Below, in pieces: positions 19,845-29,392 of a stretch of DNA of 64,000 bases. A model generated the notes under the pieces. That model saw nothing but the letters and a program-made list of their open reading frames with translations, made no database searches and was not told the origin of the DNA. The translations under genes and the position numbers were made by a program. The stretch comes from an uncultured delta proteobacterium (GTDB taxonomy: Bacteria; Desulfobacterota; RBG-13-43-22): positions 84,573-148,572 of the forward strand of contig CAWAKF010000030.1 in the NCBI GenBank assembly GCA_963782435.1, in the 5' to 3' direction. Position 1 is the stretch's first letter, and every line of letters begins with the position of its first letter.

Positions 19845-22800
19845 TTACAGCATAATTCGATTGGATTCCTGGGCCTCTTCCTCATGGCGGCCCTGGTAAA
19901 CCGCACCGCTCCAGCCATCGATGGAAATAAAGTCGCCCCCATGAATGGTCTGACCGTCAACAGTACTATAGCCTTTGGTTTCATAGACACTTAACTTGGA
20001 AAAACCCACAACCCCGACCTTATCAAGCTGGGGGATGGTTACCGCGGCATGAGAGGTACTACCGCCCTTGGCCGTTAGAAGACCTTCCACCTGAAGAAGC
20101 ACCCCAACATCATCAGGAACCGAGTCGGGCCGGATCAGGATCAGCGGTGTTTCCGGCTCCTTTTCCCGGTAGTGCCGGATTTCCTCTTCCGAATAGACGG
20201 CCCTTCCGGACAAGGCCCCGCCGCTCACCCCGATGCCGGTGCCGAGAAGAGCCCCCTTTAGTTGATCAGTTTCTTTGAATATCTTCAGTTTATGGGTTTC
20301 CCGCTGGACCATATCCCGGGTTTGAAGGATATAGAGTCCTTCCCGAGTCGCATTCTCAAAGGTGAATTCGATTTCCTGATGGTTGAACCTCTTATCGTAG
20401 ATCAATCTTTCAGACAAGTGAACGAGCTCTTTAAATATTTCCGGAAAATTGGCCTCCAAGGATATCGAGGTATCCTTTCTTTCTCTCAGCCTCTGCTTTT
20501 CCGATATGGGATAGGTGGAAACCAGACCGGAGACAATGTCGTCCCCCTGCACGCCAAAAATGAAGTCCCCATACAGGTTGATGCCGGGGGATGACTCTTT
20601 GGGGTCTCTGGTAAAGATAACGCCCGATCCGGATTGGTCATTTAAATTTCCGAAGATCATGGCCTGGACGACCACAGCCGTTCCCCAATCATCGGAGACG
20701 TGCATCTGTCGCCGGTAAATTCTGGCCTGGTCTGAATTCCAGGAGGCAATGACCTGTAGAAAGGCATCTTGGAGCTGGTCCGCGGGCCGGTCAAGAATTT
20801 TTATCCCTTTCTCCTCCAGGGCCTGCTGATAGGCCAGAGCGACCTGCTTTATCTGGTCCGGGGCAAATTGGATCTTCCGGTCGACCCCATATTTCAGCTT
20901 GAAGGTGTCAATAATGGAATCGAAAAAGTTCCGATCCAGTCCCCGCAACATGCCATAGCTCTGGAGGAACCTCCGAAAGCAATCCCAGGCCGCCCAGGCG
21001 AAGTCCGACTTTTTGCTGAGGCCTTCGGCGATTTTTTCATTGATTCCGACATTCAGGATGGATTGCATCATCCCCGGCAGGGAAAGCGTGGCTCCACTGC
21101 GTACACTTAAAAGCAAGGGGTTTCGGGGATCTCCGAATTTTCGACCCACCATCTTTTCCAACCGCCGGATCTCTTTACCGATCCTGTTGTTCAGGTCTTC
21201 CAGGATGTATTGGTACCCTAACAAGCCATCAATCCTGCGGAAGACCTCGGTGGTCAGGATGAAGCCCGGCGGTACGGGGAAGCCTAAAAAGGCCAGTTCC
21301 TTGAGAAAATAACCTTTATTCCCAAGGAGCAATTGATTGTCGAGCCTTTTACTCCGTTGGTAGAGAGGGGTGATGGTCATTTCCGGATTATAGGACATGA
21401 CCAGAGTCAATATCTGTTTGTTCTCTTTAAATTTCTCCAGTTCAGCCTGGAGGGTTCTTAAAATGCTGTTGATAAAATTGTCGAGCACCTGAAGGCCGAA
21501 GGCCGAGGAGATGGCCGCCCGGAAAAAATTTTCGGAGAGCTGGAAAAAGAGTTCCTCCTCCCCGGTTGAACCGGTTCCTTGGCTTGAGGGCGTGCCGTTT
21601 TCCTTGATGATTTGACCGATGACAATGGGGAGATTGGAACGGTGGGCATCGATGTGATAGTCCCGGATAATGTCCTGAATCCCCTTGGAGATGAACTGAA
21701 AGATATCAATGTACTGGTCAATGGAGAACTGTTTGATCTCCAGGGCGTTGCTGACATACTTCATTTTGGCCGTTAGACCCTCAGTGGCAATCCCTTCGAT
21801 ATCAAGGGCCTTCACATAAAGCCAGAGATAATGATGGATTCGCATCAGAGTGCTTTTGGTTATGAATTTCAGGTTGAGGGACTGGAGCAATTCCTCAAAC
21901 AGGACCGTGGCCAGGCTCTCCAGCCGAAGGGAAAGTCCCAGGGCTTCAAATTTTTCTTCCCGGTAGGTGCCGTACATGGAAGGGATACCGGCGGCGATAT
22001 GTCTTTTGCGGTAAATATTCTCCACATATTGCGTCTTCTCGGGGGAGAGGATTTTATCCTTCAGTTGGGCTAAAAATTCGAGAATAATAGCCAGACTTTT
22101 GTCTTGTTTTTTCTTATGGAGATGGCGTTTAAGCGCCTTCACCTTCGCCGGATCAAAGAGAAAGGAGGCTTCCAGATTTTTAAGGGCTTCTACGTGTTGG
22201 GGATTATATTTTTTGTAGAGGAGTTGATAAAAACGAATAAGCAGCCCGACCCGTTTCCGGTCCTTTTCAGGCAGGCCGTTTATGGTTTGAATCTCCCGTT
22301 CAATTTTGAAAACATCCCATTCCAGAAAACCCCTTGGATCCCCCTGGACCCGGTCATATAGGATTTCAAATATCGTCCGAAGGCCATTTGACTCTTGGGG
22401 GTTTTCAGGGACCTGCTCATACACCTCGTCCGGCAGATGATCACGAAGATGGATCTTTTTTCCGGAAGCCCAATAACGAAAGGCATTTTCCAGAAAGGTG
22501 ACCAGCAAACTGTTACTCTCTACGTGAGATTGTTTTCTAAGGAAATGGATTACCAGGTCCTGACGGGAGGAGAGCTCATCCACCTCGGTTGATATTTCCC
22601 GGAGTTCTCCCTCCGCACCGATTTCACTGAAATAGATCGGGAACAGCCTGAGGAGTTGTTTGACTAAGTTGTAGGCCGGGGAAATGTCCGTGTTCAGAAG
22701 GGCCGAAATGTTTTTCTGAAGCAGGTCCGTGTCCCGGATGAAAACGCCGCCCAGTTTCAGGTTAATAATCAGGGCCGAGAGCAATCTTTTTGTCCAACGG

Positions 22801-24065
22801 GGTTTCATGGCGATGATTTCCAGCCAGGCGCGGATATTCTCGATGTGAGCGGGATTGACCCGGATCTGCCATTCCGTGGTCGATCCGGCCAACTGGGGAT
22901 GCTGGAAGCCGAAAAAAATCAACTCTTCAATGAAAGTATCCACCAAGGGATGATGATTCAGATTAAAGACTTCCCTGGCCATGGTGATGACACAATTCAG
23001 GATCGTGCTGCGATATTGATTACAGGAAGTACATTTTTTCAACAGATCAAATATTTTCCGGAGAAAGTCATTCAGGTTCTCCGGCTTCTCCTCCCGGAAG
23101 ACCATGGTCAAGCAGCGATTGATCTCGATCAGGGTACGGCCATGGATATCGGTTAGATCCGGGACATTAATGATATGAAATAGGAAGTCGAGCTTGATGA
23201 GATATTCCCGCCCACTATATTCCTCCGCTTTCTCCAGTTCGTCGGCTACGAGGAGGTATCCCTCGATGATTTGCGTATAATCCGGAAGGGCAAGATAAGG
23301 CGCGGTCTCGTTTGCATCCCCTCCCCGGGATATTTCGGGCAGGGATTCGAGTCGTTCGATCAGGCCGGAAATAGACCGGTGGTTTAAAGGCATTACGATG
23401 GCATCATATCGGAAGATCGCCGAGGCCTCCTCACCCTCCTGGTTGAACCAGGCGATGGGGTCGGGCTGGCCCAACCAATAAAGATAGGTGTCCTTGAAGA
23501 CATTGTGGAGAAAAGCCCTCAACCCTTTCGTATCCAGGGAGATGGAATGCTCCATGGCTGTCTGAAGGAGTTTTTTCCCATAGGTCGATCCTTTTCTGAA
23601 AAGGAAGGCCTCTTTTTCAGAAAGGTCGATCAGGGAATCGATGAGCCCGGGAAAGAGGGCTATGTTCCGGGAAAGCAAACCGTTGCTTTTGGAAAGGATC
23701 AAATTTAAATAATCAAAGAGGAACCGGATCGAAGTCTCCCTGGTCTCTTCGTCAGCCCTGGAGCGGATGAGGTCCAAATAGATACCGACCAGGGTTTCCA
23801 GGGCTTTAAATCCTTTTTCGTGCCGATTGAAATCATAGAAATCCCCCATGGACAGGGTACGCAATTGTTTGAGTACATGCCCCCAGTTGACAAAGGGATG
23901 ATTCATCTCTGTCAGGAGATCCTGGGTTCTTTTAAACACACCATAGTGTTCCCGGGCGATAGTGAGCAGGATCTGATACTTGACTGGAATTTCCACCGTG
24001 GCTGCTGTGCGTTCCAGGTTGACCTGGAGGGCGGAGGATATAAATTGGGGTTCCTGTTTTTTCAT
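19845..24065 (-). CDS. giant PPDK-like protein: ~900-aa N-terminal domain + ATP-grasp + phospho-His domain, no PEP/pyruvate TIM barrel
   Basis: LLGNKG, PVPPGF, LLSVRSGA..SLPGMM, VQAMIFGN, QGDDIVSG, EIEFT, LQTR, GGSTSHAAV, ISIDG; ATG overlaps the gap stop (ATGA). Confidence 0.85.
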   Translation of the reverse strand: MKKQEPQFISSALQVNLERTAATVEIPVKYQILLTIAREHYGVFKRTQDLLTEMNHPFVNWGHVLKQLRTLSMGDFYDFNRHEKGFKALETLVGIYLDLIRSRADEETRETSIRFLFDYLNLILSKSNGLLSRNIALFPGLIDSLIDLSEKEAFLFRKGSTYGKKLLQTAMEHSISLDTKGLRAFLHNVFKDTYLYWLGQPDPIAWFNQEGEEASAIFRYDAIVMPLNHRSISGLIERLESLPEISRGGDANETAPYLALPDYTQIIEGYLLVADELEKAEEYSGREYLIKLDFLFHIINVPDLTDIHGRTLIEINRCLTMVFREEKPENLNDFLRKIFDLLKKCTSCNQYRSTILNCVITMAREVFNLNHHPLVDTFIEELIFFGFQHPQLAGSTTEWQIRVNPAHIENIRAWLEIIAMKPRWTKRLLSALIINLKLGGVFIRDTDLLQKNISALLNTDISPAYNLVKQLLRLFPIYFSEIGAEGELREISTEVDELSSRQDLVIHFLRKQSHVESNSLLVTFLENAFRYWASGKKIHLRDHLPDEVYEQVPENPQESNGLRTIFEILYDRVQGDPRGFLEWDVFKIEREIQTINGLPEKDRKRVGLLIRFYQLLYKKYNPQHVEALKNLEASFLFDPAKVKALKRHLHKKKQDKSLAIILEFLAQLKDKILSPEKTQYVENIYRKRHIAAGIPSMYGTYREEKFEALGLSLRLESLATVLFEELLQSLNLKFITKSTLMRIHHYLWLYVKALDIEGIATEGLTAKMKYVSNALEIKQFSIDQYIDIFQFISKGIQDIIRDYHIDAHRSNLPIVIGQIIKENGTPSSQGTGSTGEEELFFQLSENFFRAAISSAFGLQVLDNFINSILRTLQAELEKFKENKQILTLVMSYNPEMTITPLYQRSKRLDNQLLLGNKGYFLKELAFLGFPVPPGFILTTEVFRRIDGLLGYQYILEDLNNRIGKEIRRLEKMVGRKFGDPRNPLLLSVRSGATLSLPGMMQSILNVGINEKIAEGLSKKSDFAWAAWDCFRRFLQSYGMLRGLDRNFFDSIIDTFKLKYGVDRKIQFAPDQIKQVALAYQQALEEKGIKILDRPADQLQDAFLQVIASWNSDQARIYRRQMHVSDDWGTAVVVQAMIFGNLNDQSGSGVIFTRDPKESSPGINLYGDFIFGVQGDDIVSGLVSTYPISEKQRLRERKDTSISLEANFPEIFKELVHLSERLIYDKRFNHQEIEFTFENATREGLYILQTRDMVQRETHKLKIFKETDQLKGALLGTGIGVSGGALSGRAVYSEEEIRHYREKEPETPLILIRPDSVPDDVGVLLQVEGLLTAKGGSTSHAAVTIPQLDKVGVVGFSKLSVYETKGYSTVDGQTIHGGDFISIDGWSGAVYQGRHEEEAQESNRIML

Positions 24066-25059
24066 TTCATAATAAAAGACAAAAGTTCCAGCATCCGGTT
24101 CGAGAAGCCCCATTCGTTATCATACCAGGAAAGAATTTTGATGATATTACCGCCAATGACATTGGTATTGGGAAGATCGACTATGGAAGAATGGGGGTTC
24201 CCATTAAAATCACGGGAAACCAACTCTTCTTCGGAACACATCAGGATACCCTTCATGGGACCGGTGGCATATTCTTTGAGTTTGCCGTTCACTTCGTCTT
24301 TGGTGACGGCCCTTGAGAGGGTGGCCACAAAATCGACCAGGGAGACGTTGGGAACAGGTACCCTGATGGCGATGCCGTCTAATCGGCCCTTCATCTCCGG
24401 CATGACTTCTGAAATGGCCCTGGCCGCTCCGGTGGTCGTGGGGATCATGGAAAGGGCCGCCGCTCTGGACCGCCTGAGGTCTTTATGAGGTTCGTCGGCC
24501 ACGACCTGATCGTTGGTATAGGCATGGATGGTGGTCATCAACCCGTATTCCACACCGAACTCCTTCTGGAGTATCTTGACGATCGGGGCCAGGCAGTTGG
24601 TCGTACAGGATCCCATCGAGATAACGTGATGTTTCGTTGCGTCATATTCTTCCTCATTGATCCCGAAAACTACAGTGACGTCGGGGTTCTTGGCCGGTGC
24701 CGAAATCACCACTTTCTTGGCTCCAGCCATGAGGTGTTTTTCCGCCCCGGCCCGGTCGGTGAACTTACCGGTACTCTCGAGAACGACATCCACTCCGAGT
24801 TCCTTCCAGGGCAATCCTTCCGGATCTCTTTGGGAAAAGGTCTTAATTTCTTTACCATCCACAATAAGGGAGGTATCCTTAATTTTGACCTCCGCATCAA
24901 GAATTCCATGGACGGAGTCATATTTTAAAAGATGGGCCATGGTTTTGGTTTCCGTAAGATCGTTGACGGCCACAAATTCAACATCTTTGCTTCTTAGTCC
25001 GGCGCAAAAACCAACCGACCAATCCTTCCAAAGCCATTAATGGCGACTTTGACCGGCAT
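24062..25059 (-). CDS. gap: type I glyceraldehyde-3-phosphate dehydrogenase (N-terminal frameshift)
   Basis: Start MPVKVAINGFGRIG at 25059 with GGAGG RBS; YDSVHG, ESTG, SCTTNCLAP, WYDNEWGF. Confidence 0.95.
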
Positions 25060-25131
25060 AACCACCTCCTGGTTTTAATTCAACATTTTATAATACATGG
25101 GTATTTTTCATTAAATATTAATATTGGTTAG

Positions 25132-25160
25132 ATAATAGCTCAAAGATGGGGTCCTGTCAA
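25132..25160 (-). promoter_or_regulatory. sigma70-type promoter of the gap/PPDK-like operon
   Basis: Minus strand TTGACA-17 nt-TATTAT. Confidence 0.6.
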
Positions 25161-25275
25161 CTTTTTGTATTGACGAAAAGGATTGCAGGTAGGGGGTATT
25201 TTAGAGTAATATTAAGATTCTCTGCTTAGGGAATCGCCGTTATCATGATAAGAACAACAGAAAGGGGAATACCGG

Positions 25276-25929
25276 ATGGATCTTCAATTTATTCAGGCCC
25301 GGGACCTGCCCGATGCCTGGTTCCAATGTGTTTCTGCAATCCTGGATTACGGGCAGGAATATGTTATCGACCGGGGTAGTTTCACCGGTCAAAAAAGATT
25401 GGAGTTTGATTATCTGACTGTTCAAATAAAATATCCCGGGACCCGTCCGCTGATTCCGGACATTCCTCCCGCTCTCGGTATTCCCAATCCAGTGGCAGAA
25501 GGTTATGTTGAGCAATATCTCCCTTATTTGATGACCTCGGTTAAGCAGCCTAATGAAGATTATACTTATGGACAATACCTGGAACCTCAAATCCAAGAAG
25601 TAATCCGCATGTATAAAGAGGAGGGCTATGGGACCAACCAGGCCTATATGACGGTGGGAAATCCGGACGCCATCTATTTAAATGATCCGCCTTGCCTGCG
25701 GGGGATCGATACCCGGATACGGGATGGTGTTCTCCATTTTTTTGTCTATTTCCGATCCTGGGATTTATGGAACGGGTTTCCGGCCAATCTGGCGGCCATC
25801 CAGTATCTCAAGGAATACATGGCCCATGAGATCGGGGTTGGAGACGGCGAGATTATTGCTGCCAGCAAAGGTCTTCATCTCTATGATTATGTCTGGGAAT
25901 TGGCCAAGCTGAGGGCGTTGAAGAAGTGA
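25276..25929 (+). CDS. thyA: thymidylate synthase, short (archaeal-like) type
   Basis: YTYG, PPCL, FRSWD, GFPAN, HLY; 217 aa. Confidence 0.85.
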   Translation: MDLQFIQARDLPDAWFQCVSAILDYGQEYVIDRGSFTGQKRLEFDYLTVQIKYPGTRPLIPDIPPALGIPNPVAEGYVEQYLPYLMTSVKQPNEDYTYGQYLEPQIQEVIRMYKEEGYGTNQAYMTVGNPDAIYLNDPPCLRGIDTRIRDGVLHFFVYFRSWDLWNGFPANLAAIQYLKEYMAHEIGVGDGEIIAASKGLHLYDYVWELAKLRALKK

Positions 25930-25942
25930 AAAAAACAGGCTA

Positions 25943-26147
25943 TGCGTTGCGAGTTGCGGGTTCCGAGTTCCGGGTTTCCAAATCAAGACAAATCAAACAA
26001 GCAAATATCCTTCGTCGTAGCACATTCGACCTTCTTCAAAACCATATTACATATCTGGAAGCGGCTCCCTTTTTTCATCTTAGCGGTTTAATCTGATTAT
26101 GATTGCTTATTCTAACCCGCAACCCGCAACCCGCAACCCGCAACCGG
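25943..26147. repeat. period-7 inverted-arm repeat whose right arm lies inside the next CDS
   Basis: gcgttgc gagttgc gggttcc gagttcc gggtttc / (aacccgc)x4 at 26114-26141. Confidence 0.85.
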
Positions 26148-27394
26148 TTTTTGACGTTATCGTCATTGGCGCCGGGGCCGCGGGGATGATGGCTGCCGGC
26201 CGGGCTGCTGAAATGGGGGCCCGGGTTCTTCTATTGGAAAAGATGACAAGGGCCGGCTTAAAACTGGGTATTACCGGAAAAGGCCGCTGTAATCTGACCA
26301 ATCAGGGGGACATTCAGTCCTTCCTGGAAAGTTATTCTCCGGATGGTCGTTTTCTGCGCAACGGGTTCGCCCGTTTTTTTAATCAGGATTTAATAAAATT
26401 TTTTGAGCAGAGGGGAGTGCCTCTGGTTGTGGAAAGGGGAGGGCGGGTTTTTCCAAAATCCAACCGGGCCTTGGATGTGGTTTCCGCCCTGCTGGCCTAT
26501 TTGAAGGAACAAGAGGTCATCTTGAGGAAAGAACAAACCGTAAAAGAGATCCTGGTCCATGCCGGGCAAGTCCACGGGGTTTCAACCAACCGGGAAACTC
26601 TAAAGGCCTCAGCGGTAATCCTGGCCACAGGAGGGGCCTCTTATCCCGGGACCGGTTCAACCGGGGATGGGTATCGACTGGCGCAAAGGGTGGGACATAG
26701 GATTATACCTATCCGGCCCTATTTGATCCCTTTAGTCATTAAGGAGTCATGGGTTAAGGAGCTTCAGGGGTTGTCATTAAAAAATGTTGCTGCTTCGATT
26801 TATTCCAAGGGCCTGAGGGGGCCTTCGGAATTCGGAGAATTGCTCTTTACCCATTTCGGGATTTCCGGGCCGATAATTCTGACTCTTAGCGGCCGGGTAG
26901 TCGATATTCTAAAAGAGGGCCGGGTGGAAATTTCGATTAATCTCAAACCGGCTTTGACCCCGGAACAGTTGGATGAGAGATTGAAAAGGGAATTGAAGGC
27001 CCATCATCTCAAGGGATTGCAGGCTATTTTAAAATTATTGTTACCAAACAGGATGATTCCGGTCTTTTTGGCACTGGTCAAGATTCCAGGAGACAAAAAA
27101 GGGAATCAAATTTCCGCCGAAGAACGCTTGCGAATAAGAACCTTGCTGACTGATTGGCGAATGACGGTGACCGGCCACCGGCCTCTCGAAGAGGCAATCA
27201 TTACCGCCGGCGGTGTTCACCTTAAGGAAGTGGATCCCAAAACGATGGAATCGAGAATTGTTAAAGGGCTTTTCCCTTGCGGGGAAATCCTGGATATTCA
27301 GGGAAAAACCGGGGGCTATAATCTGCAAGCCGCCTTTTCCACCGGCTGGGTGGCCGGGGAGGTGGCGGCCGGAAAAGTTACGGGCGAAGAGTGA
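26099..27394 (+). CDS. HI0933/YhiN/BaiN family flavoprotein
   Basis: VIGAGAAG, GKGRCNLTN, ATGGASYPGTGSTGDG, FTHFGISGP, GGYNLQAAFSTG. Confidence 0.95.
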   Translation: MIAYSNPQPATRNPQPVFDVIVIGAGAAGMMAAGRAAEMGARVLLLEKMTRAGLKLGITGKGRCNLTNQGDIQSFLESYSPDGRFLRNGFARFFNQDLIKFFEQRGVPLVVERGGRVFPKSNRALDVVSALLAYLKEQEVILRKEQTVKEILVHAGQVHGVSTNRETLKASAVILATGGASYPGTGSTGDGYRLAQRVGHRIIPIRPYLIPLVIKESWVKELQGLSLKNVAASIYSKGLRGPSEFGELLFTHFGISGPIILTLSGRVVDILKEGRVEISINLKPALTPEQLDERLKRELKAHHLKGLQAILKLLLPNRMIPVFLALVKIPGDKKGNQISAEERLRIRTLLTDWRMTVTGHRPLEEAIITAGGVHLKEVDPKTMESRIVKGLFPCGEILDIQGKTGGYNLQAAFSTGWVAGEVAAGKVTGEE

Positions 27395-27409
27395 AATTGA
27401 TACAAAAAT

Positions 27410-27527
27410 TGGATTCAAATGTCGGATTTCGGAACCTGTGATCGGCAGGGGATTGCGGAATTAAAAACCTGTTTTCAAGCTTTAACCAGTAACCCGCAAC
27501 TCGTAACCCGTAACCGCTACCCGCAAC
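27410..27527. repeat. period-7 repeat tracts upstream of rlmN
   Basis: ggatttc...ggattgc ggaatt and aacccgc aactcgt aacccgt aaccgct acccgc aac. Confidence 0.7.
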
Positions 27528-27539
27528 AAAACCAGATAT

Positions 27540-28583
27540 ATGAACAACAAAGTTGACCTTCGAAATTTGACTTTTGAAGAACTGCAGGCCTGGATTACAA
27601 ACCTTGGTTTGGAATCCTACCGGGCCGAGCAGATCTCTCGTTGGTTATTCCTGCCGCATATTAAAACCTTTGATCAAATGACTAATTTATCCAAAAAATG
27701 GCGGGGTCTTTTCCGGGAGAAGGCCTACTTGAGTCATTTAATTATCTTAAAGGTTGAAAGATCTTCCGATAAAACCCAAAAATTTCTTTTTGAACTGGAA
27801 GATGGAGAGCGGATTGAAAGCGTCCTGATCCCGGAACGGGGGCACTACACCTTATGTATTTCTTCGCAGGTTGGTTGTGCCCAAAAGTGCCGGTTTTGTT
27901 ATACCGGGAAAATGGGGTTGAAAAGAAACCTCAAAGCCTCGGAGATCCTGAATCAGATCTTGACTGTTCAGGAGACTTTGACTGAAAAAGACCTTCTTCT
28001 GACCAATATTGTTTTGATGGGTATGGGAGAACCCTTGGACAACTTAGAAAACACAATCCGAGCCTTGAAAATCCTGCTTTCTCCCTTTGGAATGCAATTT
28101 TCCCACCGCCATGTGACCCTGTCTACGGCCGGTCTGATTCCGCAAATGAAGATCCTGGGGGACCTCCTTCCGGTTAATTTGGCCCTTTCCTTGAATGCGG
28201 CCGATGACGCCACCAGAAACCGGCTGATGCCCATCAATCGAAAGTTTCCTCTGGCCTCCTTGATTCAAGCGTGTAAGGCCTTTCCCTTGCCGCACAAGAA
28301 AATGATTACGATTGAATACATTTTGATAAAAGGGGTTAATGATTCTCCCCAGGCCGCCAGATCCCTGGCTAAATTACTGAAAGGAGTAAAGGCCAAGATT
28401 AACCTGATCCCATTCAATGCCCATCCCGGTTCCGGGTTTAAACCCCCGGATGAAGAGGGCCTCTTAAAGTTTCAAGATATCCTGATCGATTCTCAATACA
28501 CAGTAATGATTCGCAGAAGCAAGGGGGCGGATATCTCAGCCGCCTGCGGCCAGCTTCATGCCGATTGGAGTCAGGAGTTTTGA
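27540..28583 (+). CDS. rlmN: 23S rRNA m2A2503/tRNA methyltransferase RlmN
   Basis: CISSQVGCAQKCRFC, MGMGEP, INLIPFN, ISAACGQL. Confidence 0.97.
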   Translation: MNNKVDLRNLTFEELQAWITNLGLESYRAEQISRWLFLPHIKTFDQMTNLSKKWRGLFREKAYLSHLIILKVERSSDKTQKFLFELEDGERIESVLIPERGHYTLCISSQVGCAQKCRFCYTGKMGLKRNLKASEILNQILTVQETLTEKDLLLTNIVLMGMGEPLDNLENTIRALKILLSPFGMQFSHRHVTLSTAGLIPQMKILGDLLPVNLALSLNAADDATRNRLMPINRKFPLASLIQACKAFPLPHKKMITIEYILIKGVNDSPQAARSLAKLLKGVKAKINLIPFNAHPGSGFKPPDEEGLLKFQDILIDSQYTVMIRRSKGADISAACGQLHADWSQEF

Positions 28584-28600
28584 GTTCGGAGTTTGGAGTA
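28568..28600 (+). repeat. period-7 tract overlapping the rlmN stop
   Basis: ggagtca ggagttt tgagttc ggagttt ggagt. Confidence 0.75.
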
Positions 28601-28667
28601 AAAGAAAGAAGTTCTATTGCCGGATTCCCGCCCTTGCTGGATTGATAAATTTAAGAGCTTATCCGAT

Positions 28668-28711
28668 TTGACTTTTTTAAATAAAGGAGTAAGAATAAAA
28701 AAAGTAAGAAT
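28668..28711 (+). promoter_or_regulatory. vapBC promoter with a candidate operator direct repeat
   Basis: TTGACT-17 nt-AAGAAT; agtaagaat repeated at 28688 and 28703. Confidence 0.45.
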
Positions 28712-28729
28712 TAGTCCAGGAGAAATGTT

Positions 28730-28954
28730 ATGAGAATTACCGCCAAAGGACAAGTCACCATTCCCCAAAGTATAAGGGAAAAAATGGCCTTATTTCCCAA
28801 CACGGAAGTTGAATTTGATATTTTGGGAGATAAGGTTTTCTTGAAGAAGGTCCGATCGAGGGGAAGCCGAGGAAGGGAAATGGTCGCCAGGATGCGCGGC
28901 AAAGCTACCGTATCAATGAGTACGGATGAAATTATGGCCCTGACCAGAGGATAG
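28730..28954 (+). CDS. AbrB/MazE-family antitoxin (VapB)
   Basis: MRITAKGQVTIPQSIRE...STDEIMALTRG. Confidence 0.92.
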   Translation: MRITAKGQVTIPQSIREKMALFPNTEVEFDILGDKVFLKKVRSRGSRGREMVARMRGKATVSMSTDEIMALTRG

Positions 28955-28957
28955 ACA

Positions 28958-29365
28958 GTGGATATTTTAGTCGACAGCAATATTCTCTTGGATATTATCA
29001 CTGAGGATAAGAAATGGTTTTTGTGGTCTTCAGAAACTTTGGCCCGGTATTCAGAAAAGAATGCACTGGCCATCAACCCCATTATTTATGCTGAAGTTTC
29101 AATAGGATTTAAACGAATTGAGGAGGTGGAAGAGGTCTTGTCCAGGGATTTTTTCCGTCGTCTACCCCTCCCTTGGGAGGCCGCTTTTCTTGCCGGTAAG
29201 TGTTTTCATTCCTATCGAAAGAAGGGGGGTAAGAGAAGATCCCCCCTTCCTGATTTTTATATTGGAGCACATGCCGCAATTGCTGGAATGGACTTAATGA
29301 CTCGGGATCAGGCCCGGTATCAGACGTATTTCCCGAAGTTAAAAATTATATCGCCAACCAATTAG
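28958..29365 (+). CDS. vapC: PIN-domain toxin VapC
   Basis: LVDSNILLD, IYAE, PDFYIGAHA, TRD. Confidence 0.93.
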   Translation: MDILVDSNILLDIITEDKKWFLWSSETLARYSEKNALAINPIIYAEVSIGFKRIEEVEEVLSRDFFRRLPLPWEAAFLAGKCFHSYRKKGGKRRSPLPDFYIGAHAAIAGMDLMTRDQARYQTYFPKLKIISPTN

Positions 29366-29392
29366 TAATAATTTTCCAATCCTTGGTAATTT

